This document shows positions 36,897-46,954 of a stretch of DNA of 64,000 bases, piece by piece. The stretch's first letter is position 1; every line of letters begins with the position of its first letter. Source of the stretch: Chromatiaceae bacterium (GTDB taxonomy: Bacteria > Pseudomonadota > Gammaproteobacteria > Chromatiales > Chromatiaceae); contig JALSSC010000064.1 in the NCBI GenBank assembly GCA_026984455.1, forward strand, positions 39,363 through 103,362, in the 5' to 3' direction. The position numbers and the translations under genes were made by a program. Under the pieces are notes generated by a model, which saw nothing but the letters and a program-made list of their open reading frames with translations, searched no databases and was not told the DNA's origin.

Positions 36897-38327
36897 TCAC
36901 TGCCCAGCCATGGCGCTGATCGCCTCGCGCTGGCGCAGGTGCTGGTCCAGCAGCCGGTAGGCGATGTAGTATTTGTAGATGTTGCGTACGTAACGCACCG
37001 TCTCCTGACCGATCCGCCGTGCGGCGACCACCTCCACGTTGCGAAACCAGCGGTTCGGATCCAGACCCTGCTTCTTTGCCTCGGCGCGCAAGCGGCGGAT
37101 CCGCGCCGGCCCGGCGTTATAACTGGCGAAGGAGAACAGCACCTTGTTCATCTCGTCCATGGGGTCTTTTGCGAAATAGCGGTCATAGAGGAAGCGCAGG
37201 TACTTCACGCCGGCGTGGATGTTGTTGTCGAGACGCTCGATATGGTGGATGTCGATGTGGGGATCACGGGCGGTGCTTGGCAGGATCTGCATGATGCCTA
37301 TGGCACCTTGGCGGCTGCGTTTGGACTGATCGAGGCCTGATTCCTGGTAGGCGAGGGCGGCCAACATCAGGGCGTCGAAGCCGTAGCGGCCGCCGTATTT
37401 CTTGAACAGGGCGATCACCCGCTTGAACTTGTCCAGTTCCTTGTCGGTGAGGTTGTTGCGCACCCAGCGGTTCTTCTGGAGGTACCGCTTGAAAAGCAGG
37501 TTGCCGGTGAGGGTGCCTTTCCTGTGTTTGGCGATGAAGGCGTTCACCGTCTCGGCCAGCTTGGGGCTGCCCTTGCGGAAGGCCCAGGCGATCTCAGCAC
37601 CCTCGCGCACGGCGATGTCCTCATGCACCTGGATATCGGGCAGGACATCGGCCCAGAAGCGCGCCTTGTGCAGGTCTACCACCAGCAGGGTCAGGATCCC
37701 GGCATTGAGCATTTCGAGGAGGTCCGCGTCCTCCAGGTGGTCATCGATCAGGGCCAGGACCACTGGGGCGAGACCGCGATCGCGAAGACGCCGGTTCAGG
37801 GCCTTCAGGCTCTCGTAGTAGGAACTCGATCGGCGTACATAGACGATCTTTCCGGACAGGTCCTCCAGAGTCTTCACCTCGGGGCTGCGTGGGCCCGAGA
37901 CCACCACTTCTTTGACCCCCGTCATCAGGGGCGTGGAGAAGGCCACCCGCTTGCGGCGCTCGGTGGTGATGGTGAGATTGGCGGTGGCGATGTCTCCGCG
38001 CCCATCGAGCAGGGCGGGGATGAGCTGGTCCCGGCTCACCGGAACGAACACGGCCTCAATGCGCAGGGTTCGTTTCTTCAGACGGTGGTTCAGCCATTTC
38101 TCGAAGGTTCGGTCCAATTCATACGAAGCGCCGCGTTGCACCGGTCCGTCGAGGAAGTAGAGCATTGGGTTGTAGACCACCAGGAAGCGGATCCGATGGC
38201 GCTCGATCATGCCGTCCAGGTCACCTGTCCAGTGATCGTTGATGTCGAGTCCGAGGGGGGCGGGGACCTCGGCACGACTGGCGAGGACCAGTCCGCAGGC
38301 GATCAGGCAGAGGGCGAGCCTCGTCAT
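36897..38327 (-). CDS. mltF: membrane-bound lytic murein transglycosylase F-like (SBP_bac_3 + SLT domains)
   Basis: Start MTRLALCLIACGLVLASRA at 38327 with GGAG upstream. An N-terminal solute-binding-like domain is followed by the SLT catalytic region AYQESGLDQSKRSRQGAIGIMQILPSTA...ASYNAGPARI. Confidence 0.85.
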   Translation of the reverse strand: MTRLALCLIACGLVLASRAEVPAPLGLDINDHWTGDLDGMIERHRIRFLVVYNPMLYFLDGPVQRGASYELDRTFEKWLNHRLKKRTLRIEAVFVPVSRDQLIPALLDGRGDIATANLTITTERRKRVAFSTPLMTGVKEVVVSGPRSPEVKTLEDLSGKIVYVRRSSSYYESLKALNRRLRDRGLAPVVLALIDDHLEDADLLEMLNAGILTLLVVDLHKARFWADVLPDIQVHEDIAVREGAEIAWAFRKGSPKLAETVNAFIAKHRKGTLTGNLLFKRYLQKNRWVRNNLTDKELDKFKRVIALFKKYGGRYGFDALMLAALAYQESGLDQSKRSRQGAIGIMQILPSTARDPHIDIHHIERLDNNIHAGVKYLRFLYDRYFAKDPMDEMNKVLFSFASYNAGPARIRRLRAEAKKQGLDPNRWFRNVEVVAARRIGQETVRYVRNIYKYYIAYRLLDQHLRQREAISAMAGQ

Positions 38328-38407
38328 AGGTTCACTCCGACTGCAAAAGCCGAAGTATAGGTGCCGCAAAGCGGTTGGCAAAAGCCAGAAGCGGTGATAC
38401 TGTTGAG

Positions 38408-38424
38408 AACAATTCTTAATTGTT
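38408..38424. promoter_or_regulatory. AT-rich palindrome, candidate Fur box upstream of feoA
   Basis: AACAATT-CTT-AATTGTT is a perfect 7+7 inverted repeat 26 nt upstream of the feoA ATG. It only loosely resembles the GATAATGATAATCATTATC consensus. Confidence 0.4.
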
Positions 38425-38449
38425 TCGGAACCGAAACTCCCGCATCCCC

Positions 38450-38689
38450 ATGGACATCTCTCTCTCACCCCTCTCCGATCTCACCCCGGGCGCGCAGGTG
38501 CGCGTCTCCCGCATCCTGGGCGGACATCAGCTCCAACGGCGTCTGCTCGGTCTGGGCATCCGCGTGGGCAGCCGGGTGCAGGTGCTGCATCGTCGGGGAA
38601 GGGGTGTGGTGGTGGCCGCAGGGGGGACGCGGGTCGCCCTGGGCGGCGGCATCGCCGAGCGGCTGCTGGTGCAGCCGGCCGATGCCTGA
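38450..38689 (+). CDS. feoA: ferrous iron transport protein A
   Basis: MDISLSPLSDLTPGAQVRVSRILGGHQLQRRLLGLGIRVGSRVQVL... has the FeoA SH3-like pattern. Located directly upstream of feoB. Confidence 0.85.
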   Translation: MDISLSPLSDLTPGAQVRVSRILGGHQLQRRLLGLGIRVGSRVQVLHRRGRGVVVAAGGTRVALGGGIAERLLVQPADA

Positions 38690-38716
38690 GCGGTTCCCTT
38701 CGACCGGGCTCTTATC

Positions 38717-41080
38717 ATGGGCTGTTGCGCTTCTTCCGATCCCGCGGGCTCCAACCCGAATCCCACGCAGTTGACCATCGCCCTCGCGGGCAACCCGAAC
38801 TGCGGTAAGTCGGCCCTGTTCAACGCCTTCACCGGCATCCGCCAGAAGACCGGCAACTGGCCGGGGGTGACGGTGGAGCGCAAACAGGGACAGATGGATC
38901 TGGACGGTATCCCCGTGGAGGTCATCGACCTGCCCGGTATCTATTCCCTGGATGCCGGTTCCCTGGACGAGGAGGTGACCCGGGACTACCTGCTTTCGCG
39001 CGACGCCGACCTCATCGTGGACGTGGTGGATGCCACCAACCTGGAACGCAATCTCTATCTGACGGTGCAGTTGTTGGAGATGGGGGTGCCGGTGGTAGTG
39101 GCCCTCAACATGATGGACGTGGCCCGGCGGCGGGGCATCCGCATCGATGCGGAGCGCCTGGCGGGCGAATTGGGTTGCCCGGTGGTGCCGGTGGTGGCCA
39201 CCGCCGGCGAGGGCCTGTCGGAACTCAAGGCACGCATCGTCTCGGTGGCCAAGGGCCAGCAGAGCGGCGGCTTCGCCCTGGCCCAGGAGGAGACCGTCGA
39301 GGAGGCCATCAGCCACCTGCTCCCCCACCTCCAGGGCCATTGTGCAGAGGCCAACTGCCGCTGGTTCGCCCTCAAGCTCCTGGAGGGGGACGCCTTCGTG
39401 GAGGCCAGGTCCGACCCCGCCATCCTGGCGCGGGTGGCCGACTGGCGCCGGCGTATCGCCGACCGCAGCGGCGAGGAGGTGGACATGCACATCGCCGATT
39501 ACCGTTACGGTCATGCCCACGCCCTGGCCCAGAGCGTGGTGCGCATCGAGGGTGAGGTGGGGCGGACCCTCACCGACCGCATCGACCGCTGGGTCCTGCA
39601 CCGTTGGTTCGGGGTGCCCCTGTTCCTGTTCGTGATGTACCTGATGTTCATGTTCACCATGAACTTCGGCGGCGCCTTCATCGATTTCTTCGACGGCGTC
39701 GGCGCGGCCCTGTTCGTGGATGGCTTCGGCGGTCTTCTCACCTGGGCCGGGGCCCCGGACTGGCTGCGCGTCCTCCTCGCCGACGGCGCCGGCGGCGGCC
39801 TCCAGGTGGTGGCCACCTTCATCCCCATCATCGCCTGTCTGTACCTGTTCCTTTCGGTATTGGAAGACAGTGGCTATATGGCCCGCGCGGCCTTCGTCAT
39901 GGACCGTTTCATGCGTGCCATCGGCCTTCCGGGCAAGGCCTTCGTGCCCTTGATCGTGGGCTTCGGCTGCAATGTCCCGGCGGTGATGGCCACCCGCACC
40001 CTGGAGAACGAGCGCGAGCGCAAGCTCACCATCCTCATGAACCCCTTCATGTCCTGCGGCGCCCGTCTGCCGGTGTACGCCCTGTTCGCCGCCGCCTTCT
40101 TTCCCCGTAACGGCCAGAATCTGGTGTTCGGGCTCTATCTCATCGGTATCGGGGTGGCCGTACTCACCGGGCTCACCATGCGCCGTACCCTGCTCCCTGG
40201 CGAGAGCACGGGCTTCATGATGGAACTCCCGCCTTATCACCTGCCTACCCTCAAGGGGGTGAGCCTGCGCACCTGGGACCGGGTGCGCCTGTTCCTCAAG
40301 GAGGCCGGGCGGGTGATCGTAGCGGTGGTCCTGGTGCTCAACGTCCTCAATTCCCTGGGCACCGACGGCAGCTTCGGCAACGAGGACAGCGAGGCCTCGG
40401 TACTGAGCGCCATCGGCCGCACCGTCACTCCGGCCTTCGCCCCCATGGGCGTGAGCGAGGACAATTGGCCGGCCACCGTGGGCATCTTCACCGGCACCCT
40501 GGCCAAGGAGACGGTGGTGGGCACCCTCAATGCCCTCTACGGTGCCCTCGGTCGCGCCGATGCCGGTGAGACCGGCCGGCACGAGGGTAGTACGTTCGAT
40601 CTCTGGGAGGCCTTGGCCGCGGCCGCCGCCACGGTGCCGGCCAACCTCGGCAGGTTGCGTGATCAGATCCTCGATCCCTTGGGCCTGAACGACCTGGAGG
40701 GGCAGATGGTGGCGGGCGGGGCCGAGCCGGGGGCGCGGCTGTTCGGGGTCATGGAGCATCGCTTCGACGGCCGCATCGGGGCCTTCGCCTACCTGCTCTT
40801 CATCCTGCTGTATTTCCCCTGCGTGGCCACCATGGCCGCTATCCGTAGGGAGGCCGGCGCCCCCTGGGCGGGGTTCGTGGCCCTCTGGACCACGGGGGTG
40901 GCCTATACCTCGGCCACCCTGTTTTATCAGCTGGCCACCTTTGAACGGCACCCGTTGAGCAGTGCTGCCTGGGTGTTGGGGCTGTTGCTTGCCCTGGGCA
41001 CGCTGATCATCGGCCTGCGTCGCTGGGCCGGGCGCGGTGATCGGGTTCGGGCGGCGCGGCCCGTGGAGGCCCGGGGGTGA
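38717..41080 (+). CDS. feoB: ferrous iron transporter B
   Basis: 787 aa with the G-domain LAGNPNCGKSALFNAFTG...WPGVTVE...DLPG followed by a polytopic membrane domain. It carries an N-terminal extension of about 17 aa, so the true start may be the downstream TTG. Confidence 0.93.
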   Translation: MGCCASSDPAGSNPNPTQLTIALAGNPNCGKSALFNAFTGIRQKTGNWPGVTVERKQGQMDLDGIPVEVIDLPGIYSLDAGSLDEEVTRDYLLSRDADLIVDVVDATNLERNLYLTVQLLEMGVPVVVALNMMDVARRRGIRIDAERLAGELGCPVVPVVATAGEGLSELKARIVSVAKGQQSGGFALAQEETVEEAISHLLPHLQGHCAEANCRWFALKLLEGDAFVEARSDPAILARVADWRRRIADRSGEEVDMHIADYRYGHAHALAQSVVRIEGEVGRTLTDRIDRWVLHRWFGVPLFLFVMYLMFMFTMNFGGAFIDFFDGVGAALFVDGFGGLLTWAGAPDWLRVLLADGAGGGLQVVATFIPIIACLYLFLSVLEDSGYMARAAFVMDRFMRAIGLPGKAFVPLIVGFGCNVPAVMATRTLENERERKLTILMNPFMSCGARLPVYALFAAAFFPRNGQNLVFGLYLIGIGVAVLTGLTMRRTLLPGESTGFMMELPPYHLPTLKGVSLRTWDRVRLFLKEAGRVIVAVVLVLNVLNSLGTDGSFGNEDSEASVLSAIGRTVTPAFAPMGVSEDNWPATVGIFTGTLAKETVVGTLNALYGALGRADAGETGRHEGSTFDLWEALAAAAATVPANLGRLRDQILDPLGLNDLEGQMVAGGAEPGARLFGVMEHRFDGRIGAFAYLLFILLYFPCVATMAAIRREAGAPWAGFVALWTTGVAYTSATLFYQLATFERHPLSSAAWVLGLLLALGTLIIGLRRWAGRGDRVRAARPVEARG

Positions 41081-41346
41081 TCCTGTCCGATCTGCGCACC
41101 TATCTGCGCCAGCGGGGACAGGCGAGCCTGCGCGACCTGGCCCTGCACTTCCGCAGCGAGCCGGAGGCCCTGCGGGGTATGCTCGATCTGCTGGAGCGGC
41201 GGGGGCAGGTGCGCAAGGTGCGGGCCCATGCCGCTTGTGGGGAGGGTTGCAGCCAATGCGATCCGGCCACGACTGAAATCTATCTGTGGGGTGAGTCCAT
41301 ACAGGCGCAACCGCTGGTGCGGGATCTGGGCTGTCCCGGGGGGTAA
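41077..41346 (+). CDS. feoC: FeoC-like winged-helix protein
   Basis: 89 aa: MILSDLRTYLRQRGQASLRDLALHFRSEPEALRGMLDLLERRGQVRKV plus a Cys cluster CGEGCSQC. The GTG start overlaps the feoB stop. Confidence 0.7.
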   Translation: MILSDLRTYLRQRGQASLRDLALHFRSEPEALRGMLDLLERRGQVRKVRAHAACGEGCSQCDPATTEIYLWGESIQAQPLVRDLGCPGG

Positions 41347-41364
41347 GGGCGGAGCAGGAGGATG

Positions 41365-41533
41365 TATGCCCGTCCCCCATGGATCGTCGGTCACTGCGGG
41401 CGGCCTTTGCGCCCCGGGGACGGGGTGGCGACTGTTGGCCCTGGTCGCGCCATCCTCAAGGCTTGCCTCCGCGCCTTGCCCGGGGGCCGGAGGAACGGCC
41501 TCGAAAAACCGGCAACCCGCGTGCGCTGGGTAT
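41365..41533 (-). mobile_element. MITE-like foldback repeat, copy F (degenerate, shortened)
   Basis: TATGCCCGTCCCCCATGGATCGTCGGTCACTGCGGGCGGCC ... GGAGGAACGGCCTCGAAAAACCGGCAACCCGCGTGCGCTGGGTAT aligns with copy B in the same orientation and has an internal deletion. Confidence 0.5.
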
Positions 41534-41757
41534 TGCGATCACATTGAGATCCCCCTCGGCGACGCCCTGGACAGACCCCGGCGTGTCCAGTGGCCTGTCG
41601 TGGTGGCTGTGCTGCCCATCCTCAGCGGGGTGTTTCCCGCCCATGTCACCTGGCGAGGGTGCCCGCGCTTCAGCCCTTTGCCCTGAGGCCTGTCCCGGGT
41701 GGGACGGACCCTGGCCAACGGCCCTGCTGATGCTTGCGCCCGGAGGGCACAGGCGCC

Positions 41758-42921
41758 TCAACTTCTGCGGTAGAGGTTCTCGTCCTCCACCAGGGAGATG
41801 CTGTCCATTTCGGAGTCCTCCATGAGGGTGGCGCCGTCGGATTTGCCCAGCTTGATCATCAGGCGGACCTCGTTGGCCGAGTCGGCGTACTTGAGGGCGT
41901 CTTCATAGCTGATGATGCGCTCGTTGTAGAGGGCCACCAGGGCTTGATCGAAGCTGATCATGCCCTGCTCGGTGGATTGTTTCATCAGTTCCTTCAGTTT
42001 GTGCACCTTTCCTTTGCGGATGAGGTCGGCCGCCAGCGGGGTGTTGAGCAGGACTTCCACCACCGCATAGCGACTCTTCCCATCACGATGCGGGACCAGT
42101 TGCTGGGCGATGATGGCCCGTAGGTTCAGGGACAGGTCCATGAACAGCTGGGCACGTTGATCTTCAGGAAAGAAGCTGATGATGCGATCCAGGGCCTGGT
42201 TGGCGTTGTTGGCGTGGAGGGTCGCCAAGACCAGATGCCCGGTCTCGGCGAAGGAGATGGCGTATTCCATGGCGTTGCGGTTGCGGATCTCGCCGATCAG
42301 GATGACGTCCGGGGCCTGCCGCAGGGTGTTCTTGAGGGCCACCTCCAGAGACTCGGTGTCGAGCCCGATCTCGCGTTGGGTGACGATGCAGCGGTCGTGC
42401 TCGTGGACGAATTCGATGGGGTCTTCCAGGGTGATGATGTGGCCGCTGGAACGATGATTGCGGTAACCGATCATCGCTGCGAGCGAAGTGGATTTACCTG
42501 CTCCGGTGGCGCCTACGAACAGCACCAGACCGCGCTTGAGCATGGCCAGATCCTTGATGATCTCGGGCAGGTGGAGTTCCTCGACGGTGGGGATGCGGGT
42601 CTCGATCCGGCGCAGGACCATCCCCGCGCGGTCGCGCTGGACGAAGGCACTCACCCGGAAACGGCCGATTCCCTGGGCATTGATGGCGAAGTTGCATTCC
42701 TTGTGTTGCTCGAACTCCTTCTGCTGCTTCTGATTCATTATGCCCAGCACCAGTTCGCGGGCCTGGCGGGAGGACATGGAGGCCTTGCCCACGGCGTGAA
42801 AACGTCCCTCGATCTTCAGTGTGGGTGGCCGTCCCGCGGTGATGAACAGGTCTGATGCGCGTTTATCGGCCATCATCATCAGCACGGCGTTGAAATCCAG
42901 AGAGCGGGTGGATGTGTTCAT
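41758..42921 (-). CDS. pilU: type IV pilus retraction ATPase PilU
   Basis: 387 aa: ASDLFITAGRPPTLKIEG, Walker A GATGAGKST, and the PilT/PilU family layout. Located downstream of pilT. Confidence 0.9.
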   Translation of the reverse strand: MNTSTRSLDFNAVLMMMADKRASDLFITAGRPPTLKIEGRFHAVGKASMSSRQARELVLGIMNQKQQKEFEQHKECNFAINAQGIGRFRVSAFVQRDRAGMVLRRIETRIPTVEELHLPEIIKDLAMLKRGLVLFVGATGAGKSTSLAAMIGYRNHRSSGHIITLEDPIEFVHEHDRCIVTQREIGLDTESLEVALKNTLRQAPDVILIGEIRNRNAMEYAISFAETGHLVLATLHANNANQALDRIISFFPEDQRAQLFMDLSLNLRAIIAQQLVPHRDGKSRYAVVEVLLNTPLAADLIRKGKVHKLKELMKQSTEQGMISFDQALVALYNERIISYEDALKYADSANEVRLMIKLGKSDGATLMEDSEMDSISLVEDENLYRRS

Positions 42922-42931
42922 TGGTCGATCC

Positions 42932-43969
42932 TCAGGCGAACATATCCTTGTTCTGGGCCTTGGCGCGGGCCTCCAGGCGGTTCACCAGCCCCTTCTTGGT
43001 GAGTTCCAGCAGGTGCTGGTCCAGGGTCTGCATGCCGTGGGCCTGGCCGGTCTGGATGGCCGAGTACATCTGCGCCACCTTGTCTTCGCGGATGAGATTG
43101 CGGATCGCCGGGGTGCCCACCATGATTTCCCAGCCCGCGACACGGCCGCCGCTGATGCGTTTGAGCAGGGTCTGGGAGATCACCGCACGCAGCGATTCGG
43201 AGAGCATGGAGCGCACCATGCTCTTCTCGCCGGCCGGGAAGACGTCGATGATCCGGTCGATGGTCTTGGCCGCGGAACTGGTGTGCAGGGTGGCGAACAC
43301 CAAGTGACCGGTCTCGGCCGCGGTGAGGGCGAGGCGGATGGTCTCCAGGTCGCGCAGCTCGCCCACCAGGATGATGTCGGGGTCCTCACGCAGGGCCGAG
43401 CGCAGGGCCTCGCTGAAGCCCAGGGTGTCGCGATGCACCTCGCGCTGATTGATCAGGCACTTCTTGCTGGTGTGGACGAACTCGATGGGGTCCTCGATGG
43501 TCAGAATATGCCCGTAGACGTTGTCGTTGAGGTGATCCATGAGCGCCGCCAGGGTGGTGGACTTGCCGGAACCGGTGGGGCCGGTCACCAGGATCATCCC
43601 CCGTGGGACCTGGATCAGGTCGCGGAACACCTGCGGGCAACCGAGGTCTTCCAGGGTCAGGACCTTTGAAGGGATGGTGCGGAACACTGCCCCTGCGCCC
43701 CGGTTCTGGTTGAAGGCATTGACCCGGAAACGCGCCAGGCCCTGGATCTCGAACGAGAAATCGGTCTCCAGGAATTCCTCGAAGTCCTTGCGCTGTTTGT
43801 CGTTCATGATGTCGTACACGAGCCCGTGCACGGTCTTGTGATCCAGGGCCGGTACGTTGATGCGGCGGATGTCGCCGTCCACGCGGATCATCGGCGGGAG
43901 GCCGGCCGACAGATGCAGGTCGGAGGCATTGTGTTTTACGCTGAAGGCCAGCAGTTCGGCGATATCCAT
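42932..43969 (-). CDS. pilT: type IV pilus twitching motility ATPase PilT
   Basis: Start MDIAELLAFSVKHNASDLHLSAGLPPMIRVDG at 43969 within track ORF 42932..44428. Motifs: GPTGSGKSTT and the AIRNLIRE motif. Confidence 0.95.
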   Translation of the reverse strand: MDIAELLAFSVKHNASDLHLSAGLPPMIRVDGDIRRINVPALDHKTVHGLVYDIMNDKQRKDFEEFLETDFSFEIQGLARFRVNAFNQNRGAGAVFRTIPSKVLTLEDLGCPQVFRDLIQVPRGMILVTGPTGSGKSTTLAALMDHLNDNVYGHILTIEDPIEFVHTSKKCLINQREVHRDTLGFSEALRSALREDPDIILVGELRDLETIRLALTAAETGHLVFATLHTSSAAKTIDRIIDVFPAGEKSMVRSMLSESLRAVISQTLLKRISGGRVAGWEIMVGTPAIRNLIREDKVAQMYSAIQTGQAHGMQTLDQHLLELTKKGLVNRLEARAKAQNKDMFA

Positions 43970-44089
43970 GCGGCTGTCTCTGTATCGGGGGCGGTGGGCG
44001 CGAGCAGGCTGGGTGAGAATGCTATGATGGCGATTGTATAACGTTCCGACACGCGCCGGGAAAGACCGACACCACAGTTTCCAGACCCT

Positions 44090-44797
44090 ATGCCCGATCG
44101 ACCCCCTTCCCTTGGCATCGCCGAACGCCTGGAACAGGTCTGGGCGCGCATCCACGCCGCCCAGGCCGCCGCCGGACGGGCCCCGGATTCGGTCCGACTG
44201 CTCGCCGTGAGCAAGACCCAGCCGGCGGCCGCGGTGCGCGAGGCGGCCGCGGCGGGGCAACGCGCCTTCGGCGAGAACTATCTCCAGGAGGCCCGGGCCA
44301 AACAGGCCGCGCTCGCTGATCTGAACCTGGAATGGCACTTCATCGGCCGCATCCAAGGCAACAAGACCGCGGCCATCGCCACCGCCTTCCACTGGGTGCA
44401 CGGGTTGTGCGAGGCCCGCCACGCCCACCGCCTGAATGCCCAGCGGCCCGGGGAGATGGGCCCTCTGCAGGTCTGTATCCAGGTGAATCTAAGCGGCGAG
44501 GCGAGCAAGGCGGGGGTCGCCCCCGAGGCCCTGGGCGGGCTGATCGAAGAGATCCAGGGCCTGTCCCGCCTGCGCCTGCGCGGCCTGATGACCCTGCCCG
44601 CCCCGGCCGCCGGCCTCGCCGCCCAACGTCTGCCCTTCCGCCGCCTGCGGGAATTGAGAGATCTGCACCGGACCCCCGAACGGCCCCTGGACACCCTCTC
44701 CATGGGCATGTCCGGAGATCTGGAGGCGGCGATCCTCGAAGGCGCCACCCTGGTGCGCATCGGTACTTCAATCTTTGGACCCAGAGACTATGGCTGA
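44090..44797 (+). CDS. yggS: PLP-binding protein, YggS family
   Basis: 235 aa: VRLLAVSKTQP (PLP-binding Lys), WHFIGRIQGNK, and SMGMSGDLEAAI. Confidence 0.9.
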   Translation: MPDRPPSLGIAERLEQVWARIHAAQAAAGRAPDSVRLLAVSKTQPAAAVREAAAAGQRAFGENYLQEARAKQAALADLNLEWHFIGRIQGNKTAAIATAFHWVHGLCEARHAHRLNAQRPGEMGPLQVCIQVNLSGEASKAGVAPEALGGLIEEIQGLSRLRLRGLMTLPAPAAGLAAQRLPFRRLRELRDLHRTPERPLDTLSMGMSGDLEAAILEGATLVRIGTSIFGPRDYG

Positions 44798-45665
44798 CAC
44801 CCGACCCCTGCTTTCCGACCCGCAACGGCTCCAGGCCACCATCGCCTTCATCGGCGGCGGCAATATGGCCACCGCCCTGATCTCCGGCCTGGTGGCCGAT
44901 GGCTATCCGCCTTCCCGCATCCTGGTGAGCGATCCGGAGGCCGAGAAGACCGCGGCCCTGGCCGCCCGCTTCGGTATCCGCAGTCTTGCCGACAATGCCA
45001 CCGCGGTGGAGGACGCCGATGTCCTGGTGCTGGCGGTGAAGCCCCAGATCATGCATGAGGTCTGTTCCGGGTTGCGCGCCGCGGTCCAGCAGCGCCGGCC
45101 GCTGGTGATCTCCATCGCCGCGGGGATCCGCGAGCCCGACCTCCAGGCCTGGCTCGGCGGGGGGCTGGCCCTGGTGCGCACCATGCCCAACACCCCGGCC
45201 ATGATCCAGGCCGGGGCCAGCGTGCTCTACGCCGGCCCGGGGGTGGACGACGCCCAGCGCAGCCGCGCCGAGTCCATCCTGCGTGCCGTGGGCCTTACCC
45301 GCTGGGTGGACGAGGAGCCCCTCATGGATGCCGTCACGGCCCTCTCGGGTAGCGGCCCCGCCTACTTCTTCCTGGTGATGGAGGCCTTGGAAGAGGCCGG
45401 CCAGGGCCTCGGCCTGGACCCTGCGGACGCCCGTCTGCTCAGCCTCCAGACCGCCCTGGGGGCCGCCCGCATGGCCATCGAGAGCGAGGATCCGCCGGCC
45501 CTGCTGCGGCAGCGGGTGACCTCCCCCGGAGGCACCACCGAGGCGGCCCTCGAGGTGCTCGAAAAGGGTGATCTCAAGGGCCTGTTCCGCAAGGCCCTGG
45601 AGGCCGCGCGGGCGCGCTCCCAGACCCTCTCGGACCTGCTCGGGGACGACAGCGATGGGCGCTGA
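44790..45665 (+). CDS. proC: pyrroline-5-carboxylate reductase
   Basis: IAFIGGGNMATALISGL, LAVKPQ, and SPGGTTEAAL. The start was chosen at MADTRPL and overlaps the yggS end; 44775 is also possible. Confidence 0.9.
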   Translation: MADTRPLLSDPQRLQATIAFIGGGNMATALISGLVADGYPPSRILVSDPEAEKTAALAARFGIRSLADNATAVEDADVLVLAVKPQIMHEVCSGLRAAVQQRRPLVISIAAGIREPDLQAWLGGGLALVRTMPNTPAMIQAGASVLYAGPGVDDAQRSRAESILRAVGLTRWVDEEPLMDAVTALSGSGPAYFFLVMEALEEAGQGLGLDPADARLLSLQTALGAARMAIESEDPPALLRQRVTSPGGTTEAALEVLEKGDLKGLFRKALEAARARSQTLSDLLGDDSDGR

Positions 45666-46227
45666 CTACCTGACCAATCCGCTGGTCTTCCTGATCGAGA
45701 CCCTGTTCGACCTCTACGTCCTGGCAGTGATGCTGCGTTTCCTGTTGCAGTGGGTCCACGCCGATTTCTACAACCCCCTGTCCCAGTTCATCGTTCGGGT
45801 GACCGCGCCGCCGCTGCGTCCCCTGCGCCGCCTGATCCCCGGCACCGCCGGCCTCGATCTGGCCTCCCTGGTCCTCGCCTGGGGGGTCAAGAGCGTCGAA
45901 TTGATGCTGGTCCTGCTGGTGATCGGGCGGGGTGGGCAGGCCCTGGGGGCCTTGCTCTGGTCCCTGCCCGAACTGCTGGCCCTGGTCCTGAACATCTTCC
46001 TGTTCGCGATCCTGATCCAGGCGGTTCTCAGCTGGGTCCAGGGGGGGTACCACCCGCTGGCCGGGCTCCTCGACCGCCTCACCGCGCCGGTGCTCGTGCC
46101 CGCACGTAGGCTGTTGCCGCCCATGTCCGGCCTGGATCTCTCGCCGATGGTGGCGATGATCGCCATCGTCCTGCTCAAGATGCTCCTGCTGCCCCCCCTC
46201 AAGGCCCTGACCGGGTCGCCCTTCTGA
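45655..46227 (+). CDS. yggT: YggT family membrane protein
   Basis: Start MGADYLTNPLVFLIETLFDLYVLAVMLRFLLQW.... It contains two YGGT repeats and occupies the conserved yggS-proC-yggT-yggU context. Confidence 0.85.
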   Translation: MGADYLTNPLVFLIETLFDLYVLAVMLRFLLQWVHADFYNPLSQFIVRVTAPPLRPLRRLIPGTAGLDLASLVLAWGVKSVELMLVLLVIGRGGQALGALLWSLPELLALVLNIFLFAILIQAVLSWVQGGYHPLAGLLDRLTAPVLVPARRLLPPMSGLDLSPMVAMIAIVLLKMLLLPPLKALTGSPF

Positions 46228-46233
46228 GGTTCG

Positions 46234-46518
46234 GTGGCGATGACCTGGTACCGATGGGACGGGGATGATCTGGTGCTCGACCTGCGGGTCCAACCCAAGG
46301 CCAGCCGGGACCGCCTGGTGGGCCCCCACGGGGAGGACGCCTTCAAGGTCACCCTCACCGCGCCACCGGTGGACGGCAAGGCCAATGCCCACCTGGTCCG
46401 TTTCCTGGCCAAGGCCTTCGGTGTGCCACGGGCGCGGGTGGTACTCGAGAGCGGGCAGGCCGGGCGCCGCAAGCGGGTCCGGATCGTCGCCCCCGGTAAG
46501 CTCCCGCTATCCCTCTGA
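46234..46518 (+). CDS. yggU: DUF167 (YggU) family protein
   Basis: 94 aa: LDLRVQPKASRDRLVG...LKVTLTAPPVDGKANAHLVRFLAKAFGV. Confidence 0.85.
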   Translation: MAMTWYRWDGDDLVLDLRVQPKASRDRLVGPHGEDAFKVTLTAPPVDGKANAHLVRFLAKAFGVPRARVVLESGQAGRRKRVRIVAPGKLPLSL

Positions 46519-46826
46519 TTTCATGCCACGGAGGCGTGGGATTCACTGGCAGGCAGTTGAAGGACGGGGTATCCCGCCGGACTGTGCGCGGTATATGGAG
46601 GGGCTGCTCTTTTGAAGGCCGCAAGCCGTCGAAGGCGAAGGTACCGGGACCCTGTGTTTCCCGGTCCCGCGGTCGAAAGAGTCCAGGGATGGGTTTTTTC
46701 CGACACCCGGCTAAAGTTACGGGCATGCCGGCCGCCAACAACGGTGAAGGACGACCGAGGTCGTTCATCGTTTCCTCCTCCAGCGCTCGGACAGGAATCC
46801 AGATCAGCCTGTCAGACGGCGCCTTG

Positions 46827-46864
46827 CCCATCCCGGCGGTGGCCTGCCCGGATGGGTTTTTTTT
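46827..46864 (+). terminator. strong intrinsic terminator (plus strand)
   Basis: CCCATCCCGGC-ggtggcct-GCCCGGATGGG (11 bp with 1 mismatch) followed by T8. It lies 310 nt after the yggU stop. Confidence 0.7.
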
Positions 46865-46954
46865 GCGGGGGGCTGTTCGCATGGGGTGACGCTGCCGCCG
46901 GTCAGATGACGCCCACCGGGACAGTACCGGTCCTGGCCCCGTTGCAGGAGAACA

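Noticed and set aside
38465-41380. A 971-aa ORF on the minus strand, plus other very long ORFs: 24952..27066 (-), 7255..8634 (+), 59275..61425 (+), 62411..63901 (-), 32908..34443 (-), 54831..56297 (-).
   Set aside because: Each is antisense to a gene with clear family motifs (feoB, btuB, coaX/birA, lpoA, NUDIX/DUF72, amtB, the GT-C-like protein). Their products are Arg/Gly/Pro/Ala-rich low complexity. This is typical of stop-codon-poor antisense frames in high-GC DNA.
46355-46768. A minus-strand ORF with an excellent GGAGGAGG RBS and a lipobox-like N-terminus (MNDLGRPSPLLAAGMPVTLAGC).
   Set aside because: After the Cys the sequence is Arg/Pro-rich low complexity. The frame runs about 160 nt antisense into yggU, and no family resemblance is seen. 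I kept it out of the feature list.
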